A DNA stretch of 64,000 nt from an uncultured virus (IMG/VR IMGVR_UViG_3300042337_000191). Taxonomy: Duplodnaviria > Heunggongvirae > Uroviricota > Caudoviricetes. The stretch lies in IMG/VR virus record IMGVR_UViG_3300042337_000191, one strand, 5' to 3'. The notes beneath the pieces are model-generated. The model was not told the DNA's origin and did not search any database. It worked only from the letters and a program-made list of their open reading frames with translations. Positions 31,232 to 40,917 of this stretch are shown in pieces. Within the stretch, counting starts at the first letter, position 1, and every line of letters begins with the position of its first letter. The position numbers and the translations under genes were made by a program.

Positions 31232-31644
31232 TAATTACTATCCTTTTTAGTCCAAGCTGGATTATCAATGCCTGGTTTTTTAATTTTACCGCCAGAATTT
31301 TTCTTAGCATCATCAGTATTTGTTCCTACACCGCCATTACTATCTTCATGTCCTTCTGGCATATCACCTCTTGCCAATGATCCTATAACAATAGGATATT
31401 GTTTAGCATGATCTTCTTCAGAATATATAATCAAAACTCTAGAACCAACCACTAGACCTGAAGGAGATATTCCTATTCTCGACGTTGCTGGCGAAGTGAC
31501 TGGATGAAGCACCATGGCCCATGGCAACTCATCATCCTTTACTTGTTGTTCGTCGTTATGTTTATTGTATATTCTAACTTTCACACGTCCTGATTTAGTA
31601 GGATCGTCTTCAAAGTTTCTGACTTCTGCTATATGAAATGTCAT
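31231..31644 (-). CDS. gp5 N-terminal OB-fold domain as a separate protein
   Basis: EDDPTKSGRVKVRIY..H....DDELPWA..L.PVTS....G....G...GSRV....P.VIGS matches the gp5 OB motif. Confidence 0.75.
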   Translation of the reverse strand: MTFHIAEVRNFEDDPTKSGRVKVRIYNKHNDEQQVKDDELPWAMVLHPVTSPATSRIGISPSGLVVGSRVLIIYSEEDHAKQYPIVIGSLARGDMPEGHEDSNGGVGTNTDDAKKNSGGKIKKPGIDNPAWTKKDSN

Positions 31645-32903
31645 GCTTGACCTCCTCCACCTTCTTTATAAGAAGCCTTTACAACTCTAACTACCATAGT
31701 GCAATGAGGTGGTTCAGCTGCTATTCTATATTTTGTTCTAATAGCAACAACCAAAAACTTACCATTCATTTGTTTTTCGCCACCTTCCCAATCACTGTTT
31801 GCTTTTGTGGGAATATCAAGCTCTATCATTTCTCCTAATTTGATATCAGGGTTATAATAAGTTTCAAACTCTGCAGAATTTTGGGCCAGATGAGATAAAA
31901 AAGCTGCTCGTTTAGTCATAGCTGAAGCAGTTTCATGTTTTTCTTTATTGTTTGCCTTATCATGCACATAATGAGTTGGTACGCCTTTATCAACATATGA
32001 AGGCGAACTGTTATAAACTGGATCTCTATCTGCAAATTTAAATTTGTTATTGCTTTTTGGTTGGTTTACAGCCACAACTTTATGCGTAGTATAATCAAAA
32101 GTATATTCTGAAGATTTATCTAACGCTCTTGGACCACTATCAAAAGACTTTGATGGTTTGAACCACATAACAGAATTTTGTCTTTCTTGTCTATTATTGA
32201 GTTCAAAATTCAAATTAGTGGTTTGTTTTAATTTTACTTTTGAAGAGCCTTCAAATAGTTCTTCGAAAGTTTTAAAGTGATACTCATATTCACCACCAGA
32301 TTGACCTGATTTCTGAAATAACACAAAACAAGAGGATTCATATTTGTCCGAAACATGCTCAGTGCTTATTTGTTTATAAGCATCTAGAGGATGAGACTTA
32401 GGAATTATCAATCTTCTTTTTTTGGTCTTACCAGCATTGAATTGTTTTTTAGATTTGAATCCCTTTTCAACTATATGTTTTACTGCTTCAGAAGTTTCTT
32501 GATTGAAACTTTTTTCAACATAGTTACCTTGAGCGTTTAAAAACTCTGGCGAAACGCATCTAATGTCATATTGTTTGTGATGTCCAGAACCAACGTTATT
32601 CAAAGATTGATCGTTCAAATCTTTGTTGTGAAACATTTTCATCTTTAATTTATGTCCGCCACCAATTCCTGCTATAGAATTGTCGCCAGAAAAATTTATC
32701 TCAACATCCTGGTCGTATGAACCATTTAATTTTGTTTTGCCCAATTGATCTGTTGGATCGAGAACTCTTATTTCAGCTAATGGTCCATAAGGATTTAGAA
32801 TATCTTCATAAATGTTGAAACCAACGAGAGAAACCTTTCCCCCTTGGATCAAATCCATTTGTCCAACCTTCAATGAAGAAATTTTAATATCACCAATAGC
32901 CAT
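31641..32903 (-). CDS. Baseplate hub protein (gp27-like position)
   Basis: NIYEDI N-terminus and G.FLV.AIR C-terminus typical of hub proteins; lies between gp53 and gp5. Confidence 0.55.
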   Translation of the reverse strand: MAIGDIKISSLKVGQMDLIQGGKVSLVGFNIYEDILNPYGPLAEIRVLDPTDQLGKTKLNGSYDQDVEINFSGDNSIAGIGGGHKLKMKMFHNKDLNDQSLNNVGSGHHKQYDIRCVSPEFLNAQGNYVEKSFNQETSEAVKHIVEKGFKSKKQFNAGKTKKRRLIIPKSHPLDAYKQISTEHVSDKYESSCFVLFQKSGQSGGEYEYHFKTFEELFEGSSKVKLKQTTNLNFELNNRQERQNSVMWFKPSKSFDSGPRALDKSSEYTFDYTTHKVVAVNQPKSNNKFKFADRDPVYNSSPSYVDKGVPTHYVHDKANNKEKHETASAMTKRAAFLSHLAQNSAEFETYYNPDIKLGEMIELDIPTKANSDWEGGEKQMNGKFLVVAIRTKYRIAAEPPHCTMVVRVVKASYKEGGGGQA

Positions 32904-32904
32904 A

Positions 32905-33780
32905 TTATTCTCTCATCAAATCTTTTAGATTATTGACCATGGTTTGTTTGAGGCTACTATCGATAACTCTTACAGATTTATTGAACTCATTTTTTTCATT
33001 TTCATGTTCCAAATAAGTAACCGGAGTCCAATAAGAATATTCTTCTTCTGATAGATTATTAGCGACAGAAGTAACAGAAGTGAAAACTGTATTCACTGTG
33101 CTTTCTCTTCCGTATATATAACTATTTTCTTTAATTACTACTGTGGCACTTGTGAAAAATGATCCGCTGACATGTTGAACATTTATCATATTGTTTGCAA
33201 TTGATGCTATTTGTCCTGAGCCAGAATTAATTTCATCAAATACAATATCAACTATTTCGTCCACAATAAAGTTTGTGTTTGACACCTGATAGGAAACCAT
33301 TTTATTTGTTACTATTTTCCAATCAACCTGTTTTCTCTTATACCCAATAATTTTGTTATTTGGTCCAAAATTTGGTTCCCAATAGTTTTTTAAGGTTTTG
33401 GGTAATGAGTTCCAGACTTCTACGTTAATGTCCTCTACATTTGGCCAATCGTTTCTGTAAAACATAATTTTATCAGTAGCATTAACATATGAACCGTATT
33501 TTTTGGTGATATACTCTTGGAATTCTTCTGTGTGAAGATACCATTCGTAATATGGATCAACTATTTTATTGCCTAGATACAATATCCAACTTTTAAATGG
33601 ATCTTGATAATAACGGTAACTTAGTTGATCCGCTCTTTCGTTGGAAGTAATTTCATAAGGATAAAAAGCAAAAGGATCTGTTGAAACTTTTTCTAACAAA
33701 GCAACACGCTTTGTAATATCTACGGCATTATTATTGCCGTAATTGATAATTGGGTGTTTGTCGAAATATCTATCTACCAT
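32905..33780 (-). CDS. gp53: Baseplate wedge subunit
   Basis: YF...P.INY; YEI...ERADQLS..YY.D....WIL...N.IVDPY.EW; E...NE. Confidence 0.8.
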   Translation of the reverse strand: MVDRYFDKHPIINYGNNNAVDITKRVALLEKVSTDPFAFYPYEITSNERADQLSYRYYQDPFKSWILYLGNKIVDPYYEWYLHTEEFQEYITKKYGSYVNATDKIMFYRNDWPNVEDINVEVWNSLPKTLKNYWEPNFGPNNKIIGYKRKQVDWKIVTNKMVSYQVSNTNFIVDEIVDIVFDEINSGSGQIASIANNMINVQHVSGSFFTSATVVIKENSYIYGRESTVNTVFTSVTSVANNLSEEEYSYWTPVTYLEHENEKNEFNKSVRVIDSSLKQTMVNNLKDLMRE

Positions 33781-33783
33781 GTC

Positions 33784-34548
33784 TTACTCTACGTATGTGT
33801 CTTTTTTCTGCAATTGAAGTTCTTTTAATTGCATAGTAAGAGTTACAATTGTTGGTGCGCCACTTTTGAAAAACGATGGTCCTGCGCCTGTATAGTCCAC
33901 CTGAACACCTAGAATAGCACAAGGCTTTAGTTTGAACAAATAATCATCTGGTCTAAATCTGACCATGGCAATATCTGGATATTTCATTAATCCGCCACCA
34001 AGAGAACCAGTTGAAGGCAAAGCAGATTTTTTGCATTTGTTGATAATATCCTTCAAATTATCAGAATCTTCTCTTGTATTCGGAGCTAATATCCAACTAA
34101 AAGTATATTCTTTGAAATTTGGTCTTTTGAACATCATAAACTGGAATGGATTTACAGATTGTCCAGTAAAAGTTCCAGCCATATCAACACCAGCTGTCAA
34201 GCCAGTCATAACACCGCCAAGTCCCTGTGCTACTCTAGCAACTGCACCAGCACCAAATGTGCTAGCTATACCAGCCCCTGCATTTAAAAGCTGTGGTGCT
34301 GCTTGTGTTCCTGACCATTCTTCCCAAATAATACTTTCATTATCATTAATTCTTCTTGGAATGGGTAATCTAACTCCTCCACCAAAGGAAAGAGCTCCTA
34401 AACCAGTTGCAGTGGCATATTCGTAACTTTGGAAGTTTATTTCGGTATAGTATTCTCTACCATTTGTGATGAGATCCGAAGGGAAGGTCATGCCCGCCCC
34501 GCTTCCGATATTTCTTCCCGGTGGTTGTGGAAAATTAGGTACTGCCAT
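33784..34548 (-). CDS. gp48: Baseplate tail-tube cap
   Basis: NPF..M.F..P.F....F...LAP....DS..L..II; YPD; G.P....LTM...E. Confidence 0.75.
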   Translation of the reverse strand: MAVPNFPQPPGRNIGSGAGMTFPSDLITNGREYYTEINFQSYEYATATGLGALSFGGGVRLPIPRRINDNESIIWEEWSGTQAAPQLLNAGAGIASTFGAGAVARVAQGLGGVMTGLTAGVDMAGTFTGQSVNPFQFMMFKRPNFKEYTFSWILAPNTREDSDNLKDIINKCKKSALPSTGSLGGGLMKYPDIAMVRFRPDDYLFKLKPCAILGVQVDYTGAGPSFFKSGAPTIVTLTMQLKELQLQKKDTYVE

Positions 34549-34567
34549 GATTCCCTTTTATTATTTG

Positions 34568-34588
34568 AATAAATATAGTTTATTTATT
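34568..34588. promoter_or_regulatory. Divergent late-promoter-like AATAAATA boxes
   Basis: AATAAATA on + (34568-34575) and on - (34581-34588) between the divergent gp48 and gp4 genes. Confidence 0.5.
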
Positions 34589-34601
34589 AGTGATATAGAA
34601 C

Positions 34602-35057
34602 ATGGCTAAGTATCAAGGTTATTTTAAACCAAGGAATCCTCAAAAATACAAAGGCGATCCAACCAACATTATTTATCGTTCTCGATGGGAATTATTAGTA
34701 ATGAGTCGATTTGATATTGACCCTAACATAATATGGTGGTCTTCAGAGGAGACTATAATACCATATAGATCGCCAGTTGATAATAGAATACATCGCTATT
34801 ATGTGGATTTTACTGCAAAAATGAATAAGCCTGGAGGCGGGACTAGAACTGTGCTCATAGAGGTAAAACCCTTCAAGCAAACGCAGCCGCCAACTATTAC
34901 TGAAAGCAAAAAGAAAAGTCGAAAATATGTTAATGAAGTTATGACTTGGGGTGTAAATTCAGCCAAATGGAAAGCTGCTCGTGAATACTGCAAAGATAGA
35001 GGATTTGAATTCATAATAATGACAGAAAACGAACTAGGATTACCGAAAGGTTATTAA
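34602..35057 (+). CDS. gp4: Head completion nuclease
   Basis: F.P.NP.KY.GD...I.YRS.WE; WSSEE..IPY.SP.D...HRY..DF; IEVKP..QT; KW.AA. Confidence 0.92.
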   Translation: MAKYQGYFKPRNPQKYKGDPTNIIYRSRWELLVMSRFDIDPNIIWWSSEETIIPYRSPVDNRIHRYYVDFTAKMNKPGGGTRTVLIEVKPFKQTQPPTITESKKKSRKYVNEVMTWGVNSAKWKAAREYCKDRGFEFIIMTENELGLPKGY

Positions 35058-35632
35058 TGCCAAATACGTTCAATGACCTTCTAAGAGCCTCTGCCCGAGC
35101 TTTAGCTGACAAATCTCTTTCAGCTGAGGATTGGTTCAATGATTCTGTCGAAGATTTAAAATCAAATAAGACCAAAGCAGAACCAAACAAATATTTTAAA
35201 AAGATGTCATTGCCTCAAATTGGAGGAATGTACCTTTATTTGTATGATCCAAAATACAAAGCCACCCTTCCTTTTTACGATATGTATCCATTAACTATGC
35301 CCGTTGAGATGTATATAGACGGATTTTTGGGTATCAACCTACATTATCTTCCGGCATTGGCCAGAGTCAGGTTATTAAACTCTTTAGTAGAATTTACTGA
35401 CGAAAATAAATATAAAATGAATAAAAGGCTTAGTTTGTCTTATGAAATTTTAAGAGGTTATTCAAACGTCTTTAAAGGCGTTGATGGGTGTATAAAGAGA
35501 TATCTTTATAGTCATGTTAGAAGTTCGTTTCATGAAGTTGACCCGTCTAATTGGGAAAAGGCTGCTGTGTTGCCAATTCATAGATGGAAAATAAACTCAA
35601 ATAAAAGATATGCTGGTTCACCACCTTACTAG
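35057..35632 (+). CDS. gp2: DNA end protector protein
   Basis: YDPKYK.TLPFYD.YPL; GFLGINLHYLP; CIKRYL..HV. Confidence 0.9.
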   Translation: MPNTFNDLLRASARALADKSLSAEDWFNDSVEDLKSNKTKAEPNKYFKKMSLPQIGGMYLYLYDPKYKATLPFYDMYPLTMPVEMYIDGFLGINLHYLPALARVRLLNSLVEFTDENKYKMNKRLSLSYEILRGYSNVFKGVDGCIKRYLYSHVRSSFHEVDPSNWEKAAVLPIHRWKINSNKRYAGSPPY

Positions 35633-35640
35633 GGACTAAA

Positions 35641-36333
35641 ATGGCTTTTAACATAAACAAGTTTTCAACTAATATAAGAGATTTCGGATACCTAGATAAT
35701 AATTCTTTTGAGGTATTTGTTCAAACACCACCAGTTATGACGCAAAACGGTGGTGCTTTGGGCAATCAGGGCACTCCTGTTTCGTTAAAACAAATATCTG
35801 AAAATATGTCTTTCAGAGTTGATCAAGTCAGAGCTCCTGGTATTTCTCTTATTTCTTCAGACATCAATCATTACGGTATAGGTCCAACTCAAAAGAAACC
35901 AACAAACGCCCAATATCAAGAAACTAATATTTCTATGATTGGTGATCATTTTTGCGAATTTTGGCAATATTGGTATCAATGGACTAGATCTATTTTCCAG
36001 TATAGTGGAACTTCTACAGGTCAAGCGCCAACATATACAGCTGAATACAAAGATCAGTATTCATCAACAATAGTAATTGTAATTTACGATCATTATGGAA
36101 ACTCAATTCAGAAAATTAACTTATTTGAAGCGTTTCCGAGTGCATTAAGAGAAATACCGCTTTCATGGGGTGATGGTAATTTGATGAGAATTAATGTTTC
36201 TTTAGCTTATACTGAATATACAATTGAGGGTTCATCAATTTTAAGAACCAGATCGCAACCAGGTGGACTATCAACAGCAAAAGAACGAGAAACTATAGGT
36301 GTTGGTGTGGGATCATCACAATCAATATTTTAA
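35641..36333 (+). CDS. Tail-tube-like protein (gp54 / gp19 family)
   Basis: PG..L.........G.....P; Y...Y...I.I..YD; LFEAFP......LSW; synteny. Confidence 0.65.
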   Translation: MAFNINKFSTNIRDFGYLDNNSFEVFVQTPPVMTQNGGALGNQGTPVSLKQISENMSFRVDQVRAPGISLISSDINHYGIGPTQKKPTNAQYQETNISMIGDHFCEFWQYWYQWTRSIFQYSGTSTGQAPTYTAEYKDQYSSTIVIVIYDHYGNSIQKINLFEAFPSALREIPLSWGDGNLMRINVSLAYTEYTIEGSSILRTRSQPGGLSTAKERETIGVGVGSSQSIF

Positions 36334-36351
36334 TCATAATGGAGTTTTAAT

Positions 36352-37065
36352 ATGTCATCATTGCCTAAAATTGATTATCCAGTTTATAGAGTAAATGTTC
36401 CTTCCTTGAAAAAGGAATTTCAGTTTAGACCTTTCTTAGTTAAAGAAGAAAAACTGTTATTAATGGCTAAAGAAAGTGAACAGGCAACGGATATTCTCTC
36501 AGCAATCAAACAAATCATCAATAATTGTTCTATTGATTCTAAATTTGACATTGATAAGCTGGCGCTCTTTGATCTTGAGTATATTTTTCTCAAATTAAGG
36601 TCAATTTCAGTGGATAATATCGTAAAAGTTTCATACAAAGATTCTGAAGACGATAAAACATACGATTTTGAGATCGATCTCAATAAAATTGAAGTAAATT
36701 TTCCTGAAAAAATTATTAATAACATAAAAATCACCGATAAATCGGGTATTGTTATGAAATATCCTTCTGCAAAACTGTATGACGACAAAGAATTTTTGAG
36801 TTTAGAGAAAGATTACATATTTGAGCTCATAGTTCGTTGTATCGATTCAATTTATTATGAAGATCAGATCTATAAAGCAAGCGATTATAAAAAACAGGAT
36901 CTAGTAGACTTTCTAGAAAACCTCAATATTAAGGTTTTTGAAGAAATTCAGAAGTTTTTACTTAATATTCCTAAGATCGAATATGTAATTAAGTATGAAA
37001 ATACAGCAGGGACAAAACGAGAGATCGTTTTGAATTCGTTAAACGATTTTTTTACATGGCGCTGA
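36352..37065 (+). CDS. gp26: Baseplate hub assembly protein
   Basis: LPKI..P.Y....PS......FRPFLVKEEK.LL.A; FDLEYIFL.LRS.SV; MKYP. Confidence 0.88.
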   Translation: MSSLPKIDYPVYRVNVPSLKKEFQFRPFLVKEEKLLLMAKESEQATDILSAIKQIINNCSIDSKFDIDKLALFDLEYIFLKLRSISVDNIVKVSYKDSEDDKTYDFEIDLNKIEVNFPEKIINNIKITDKSGIVMKYPSAKLYDDKEFLSLEKDYIFELIVRCIDSIYYEDQIYKASDYKKQDLVDFLENLNIKVFEEIQKFLLNIPKIEYVIKYENTAGTKREIVLNSLNDFFTWR

Positions 37066-37235
37066 GTCATAATTCGTTGGGTAACTATTTCTCAACGATA
37101 TTTTCATTGGCCCAGCACCATAAATATTCAATTAGTGATATTGAACACCTTATGCCATTTGAAAGAGATATCTATGTTCAGATGTTAGTTGATTATCTTA
37201 AAGAAGTAGAAGAACTCAAAAATAAGAGCAAATAA
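37056..37235 (+). CDS. gp51: Baseplate hub assembly catalyst (59 aa, not in ORF track)
   Basis: MALSHNSLGNYFSTIFSLAQHHKYSISDIEHLMPFERDIYVQMLVDYLKEVEELKNKSK; QHHKYS..E...P.ER.IY motif. Confidence 0.85.
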   Translation: MALSHNSLGNYFSTIFSLAQHHKYSISDIEHLMPFERDIYVQMLVDYLKEVEELKNKSK

Positions 37236-39335
37236 ATGGAACAAGCAGAACTTTCGCAACTCTCAGGCACAATTCGTTCAGCGATGGGAGATTCCGCTGG
37301 ACAATTCAGAGAAGCTGCGGAAAGAGGAAATGCTAATTTATCTAAGATTATGGGAACTATTGCTGCTGCTATTAAGGCACAGCGACAGGATCTTAATGAT
37401 CTTCAAAATGTTATGCAGGAAAACGAAAGTGTATCTGAAAGAAATTCTTCTACATTACAAGCAATTCAATCTGAACTTCAAGACATAAATTCTGGCATAC
37501 ATGATATGGCTACTGGCATAAAAAATATGGCCAGAGGAATAGCAAACGTTGATAATAGTATATTTCGCCTAAATCAAGACCTTCAATCTTCAATTGGACA
37601 AAGTCTATTACCAGGATTATTAACTGGTCTTAGCGGAACAGCTATGTCCATAGTTAAAGGTATTGGTGCATTGGCTATGGGAGGTTTGGCTTTTGGTGCG
37701 GGTAAAACTGCAATGGACTTTATGACTGGAGGTGGTGCTGGCGGCGCTGGTGGAGGTCTCGGCGGCGCTGGTGGCGGAGTCAAACAGGTAAGCAATCCTG
37801 TTATGGCAAAGGACATATATAGCTACCTGACTAAAGAAAAAGGTATAGACCACGAACACGCTGTAGGAATGTTAGCTAATATACAAAATGAATCAAAATT
37901 TAATTCAGGCGCATATAATCGCAACGACGTTAATGGTCCATCTGGCGGTTTGTTCCAACATCATGATAATTTAAGAACTGGTGAACATAGATTCACTGAC
38001 ATGACTAGAGCAGCTGGACCTGACTGGCAGAAAAATTGGAAAGGGCAAATTGATTACGCTCTGACCGAAGGCGAAATGAAATCTTATTTAAAAACTCCAG
38101 TTTCTAGCGGCCAAGAAGCGGCTGCTCAATTTGTTTATAAATTTGAAAAACCAAGAGATCAAGCTGGAGAAGCATCAAAAAGAGCAGGGAATGTTGCAGC
38201 TGTAGAAAAAGCGATTGTTGGTGGTGGTGGGGCTGGAGCTACCAAAGGAGCTTCTGAAAGTGGAGCAACTCCACAATCTTCGCCAATGCAATCTAAGTTT
38301 GAACAACCACCAGTTTCTTCTGAAGGCGTTTCTAGAGTTGAGAAAATTGGTGGCGAACACGGACATGGTCCCATAAGTGGCGCTGCGGAACATAATCACA
38401 ATGAAAAAGAAGCTGGTATTGGTAAAATGCCTGCATTGCCTGGAGGCGACATAGTTGCTTTAGGTAGAGCACTACAAGCACAAGGAATAAGAGTTTCAGA
38501 ACATCCAGCGTTTAATGGCGTTCATCCGGAACAGCATCATCCTGGTTCTGCTCATAACGATGGGTTGGCAATTGATATTAATGCTCCTGGTAGTATAACT
38601 GAAGCCAGTGATCCGGTTTGGGGCAAGAGATTTGATGAATTGGCAAAACAAATTCAAGCTGCAGGATATACTGTTCTTTGGAGAACCAAAGGTCACGATA
38701 ACCATATTCACGCTCAAATAGGTGGCAAAGGTATCAAAGGTGGTCAATCTATAATTGGCGGTCAAACAACTCCCGGATCTGAACCATCAGCAACAACTCC
38801 AGGATCAAGTTCTCCGATGATGCCAACAGCAACTCCAGTTGCAATGACACAGGCAATGCCAGGAGCAGCCGCAGGATTAACTCCTGAACAAATGACAATG
38901 ATGATGACAGGAATGAATCCTATGGCTGCGGCTGCAGCATCAGCAATGATGGGCCAATTACAATCAGCTCAAGACGAAGCTGCAGCAATTGCTCCGCAGC
39001 AACAAGCAGAACAGCCACAATCACAACAGTTATCTAGTACACAAATATTAGAACAATTGAGTAGATCTACAGAAAACACTCAAACTCTTAAACAGGCAGC
39101 TGTATCAAACCAAGTTCAACAAGAAATTGCGCAACAGGAACCAATATCTGAAATACTTGCTTCTATATTTGGTCAACAATCTGGTTCGTCATCTACAGTT
39201 GTCAATAACAACAGCAATGTTAGTGCTGGCGGCTACAATGGCACATATGATGTTGGCTGGCCTGATTGGGCTGAAATGATTGGTGGCAATCATTGGAAAG
39301 AAATGAAGAATTACAAAAAGAACATGTGGGGATAA
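37236..39335 (+). CDS. Tape-measure/hub-like protein with phage tail lysozyme-like and peptidase M15-like domains
   Basis: Helical N-terminus; AVGMLANIQNES.FN...GLFQ...QIDY...FEKP lysozyme-like motif; SAHNDGLAIDIN...HDNHIH zinc-peptidase motif. Confidence 0.65.
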   Translation: MEQAELSQLSGTIRSAMGDSAGQFREAAERGNANLSKIMGTIAAAIKAQRQDLNDLQNVMQENESVSERNSSTLQAIQSELQDINSGIHDMATGIKNMARGIANVDNSIFRLNQDLQSSIGQSLLPGLLTGLSGTAMSIVKGIGALAMGGLAFGAGKTAMDFMTGGGAGGAGGGLGGAGGGVKQVSNPVMAKDIYSYLTKEKGIDHEHAVGMLANIQNESKFNSGAYNRNDVNGPSGGLFQHHDNLRTGEHRFTDMTRAAGPDWQKNWKGQIDYALTEGEMKSYLKTPVSSGQEAAAQFVYKFEKPRDQAGEASKRAGNVAAVEKAIVGGGGAGATKGASESGATPQSSPMQSKFEQPPVSSEGVSRVEKIGGEHGHGPISGAAEHNHNEKEAGIGKMPALPGGDIVALGRALQAQGIRVSEHPAFNGVHPEQHHPGSAHNDGLAIDINAPGSITEASDPVWGKRFDELAKQIQAAGYTVLWRTKGHDNHIHAQIGGKGIKGGQSIIGGQTTPGSEPSATTPGSSSPMMPTATPVAMTQAMPGAAAGLTPEQMTMMMTGMNPMAAAAASAMMGQLQSAQDEAAAIAPQQQAEQPQSQQLSSTQILEQLSRSTENTQTLKQAAVSNQVQQEIAQQEPISEILASIFGQQSGSSSTVVNNNSNVSAGGYNGTYDVGWPDWAEMIGGNHWKEMKNYKKNMWG

Positions 39336-39336
39336 T

Positions 39337-39369
39337 AAAAAAGGGAGCCAAAAGGCTCCCTCTTCATTT
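39337..39369. terminator. Bidirectional intrinsic terminator
   Basis: AGGGAGCC-AAAA-GGCTCCCT flanked by an A-run and a T-rich tail between convergent genes. Confidence 0.8.
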
Positions 39370-40271
39370 TATTCATTAGCAAGCTTCTTAAAGAACTCCA
39401 ATGACTCATCGTCATCTTCGTCATCACCAGAATACTTCGGCGCATGAGTCGCCTTAAATGCCGGAGCAGAATCTTCTTCCTGCCATGGGACTTCTGTATT
39501 CTCAGCAGCCTTACGCTTTGCTGCAGGTGAATCTTCAGCAAGAACCTTGGCCAGACGAGCACGTAGCTCTTCTTCTGACTTGAAGTTCTTAGGATCTAGG
39601 AATTCCTTAAGCGAATGCTCACTCTTCCAGATCTGCTCTAGTTCCTTATCGTTATCAGACAGAGGCTCTGGCTTACCAAACTCTGACTTATCGTAATTAC
39701 GATAACCTTCGACCTGACGAATCTTTAGCTTGAATGGTGCACCTGCCCAAAGATCGAATGGGTTGATTGCTTCCTCGTCAGCAAACTGAGGCTCCATTGC
39801 TTCCTTGAGCTTATCAAAGATCTTCTTACCATACTTGTAAAGAAAAACCTTACCCTCATTGGCAGGATTACCTGGATCGCTGATAACATGAATATTGCTG
39901 ATGAAGTGAAGACGACGCTTCTGCTTACGAGCAATTTCCTTGTTAGCTTCAATACCCGAATTCCAGAGCTTAGAATTATACTCAGAAACTGGATCGTTCT
40001 TACCAAGAGTTGTTAGTGAGTTCTCGATATACCATCCGCCCGGACCCTGGAAACCATGATCAAAGATACGAACGAAGGGAACATCCTCGCCAGCTGGCGG
40101 AGGGAGGAAACGAATAACAGCATAACCATTACCAGCCTTATCGACTGTTGGCGTCCAGAAGCGATCGTCGGCACCCTTGCCTTCGCCGCCTGATAGCTTA
40201 TTGAGTTCTGATGTTAGGGATTCGAGAGACTTCTTACCAGAAGCTGCCTTGAGGGACTTAAAATCTACCAT
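39369..40271 (-). CDS. gp32: Single-stranded DNA-binding protein
   Basis: DDRFW...DKAGNGYAVIRFLP; GKVFLYKYGKKIFDK; YRNYDKSEF; acidic tail. Start at ATG 40271 after GGAGA. Confidence 0.95.
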   Translation of the reverse strand: MVDFKSLKAASGKKSLESLTSELNKLSGGEGKGADDRFWTPTVDKAGNGYAVIRFLPPPAGEDVPFVRIFDHGFQGPGGWYIENSLTTLGKNDPVSEYNSKLWNSGIEANKEIARKQKRRLHFISNIHVISDPGNPANEGKVFLYKYGKKIFDKLKEAMEPQFADEEAINPFDLWAGAPFKLKIRQVEGYRNYDKSEFGKPEPLSDNDKELEQIWKSEHSLKEFLDPKNFKSEEELRARLAKVLAEDSPAAKRKAAENTEVPWQEEDSAPAFKATHAPKYSGDDEDDDESLEFFKKLANE

Positions 40272-40331
40272 GTATATTCTCCGTATAACAGTGTATGACA
40301 ATTGTATGATGGGTATTTGTATCACCCAACA

Positions 40332-40907
40332 TTATTTAGTATACCCCATATCGCTCATTATGTCAAGCATTACCTGCTTGATTTTCTCAATATCATATTT
40401 TATAAATGGAGTATATTTCACAACCTTCAATCGGACTTCTTCCCATATCGGGTCGTATTCAAGTTTAGAGTCCCACTGAGCCATCGCTTTAGTCATTTTA
40501 ATAAAGACACAGAGAGACTCTAAACTGATCTCGTTGCCAAGATATAACCTCAAAGCAGCAGGATGATGCTGCCCTCCTGATTCTTGTAGGATTTTCTTAA
40601 AATCATTTTTGAAATTGTAGGTGAGGGACTGATTACGCTTTTTCCAATTTTGGTATGTTAATTGGGCGGTCTCAGAATATGCAATATCTCGTATCCATAA
40701 CTTTGGATTATCGCTAAGATTAGCAACAAGAAACTCGTGATAATTCTCATTCTTAGCAAGTTTTTCAAAGAATATCTTATCCTTACGCTTCTCGAAAGAA
40801 GTATGTTTCAGACCTGTCTTTCCGTTGTATTTAATGTAGTCGTAATCAGTTTTGGTGAAGTGGTTTTTTAAAGCCACGTATTCTTTATATGCTTCAAAGG
40901 CTGACAT
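40332..40907 (-). CDS. gp59: Helicase loader
   Basis: YKEYVALKNHF....YDY.KYNGK......F.KRKD..FF.KLA; upstream of gp32 as in T4. Confidence 0.88.
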   Translation of the reverse strand: MSAFEAYKEYVALKNHFTKTDYDYIKYNGKTGLKHTSFEKRKDKIFFEKLAKNENYHEFLVANLSDNPKLWIRDIAYSETAQLTYQNWKKRNQSLTYNFKNDFKKILQESGGQHHPAALRLYLGNEISLESLCVFIKMTKAMAQWDSKLEYDPIWEEVRLKVVKYTPFIKYDIEKIKQVMLDIMSDMGYTK

Positions 40908-40917
40908 GTCAAAATAC

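Noticed and set aside
40272..40325. N-terminal extension of gp32 in the ORF track
   Set aside because: The RBS and family N-terminus point to ATG 40271; the extension is the leader.
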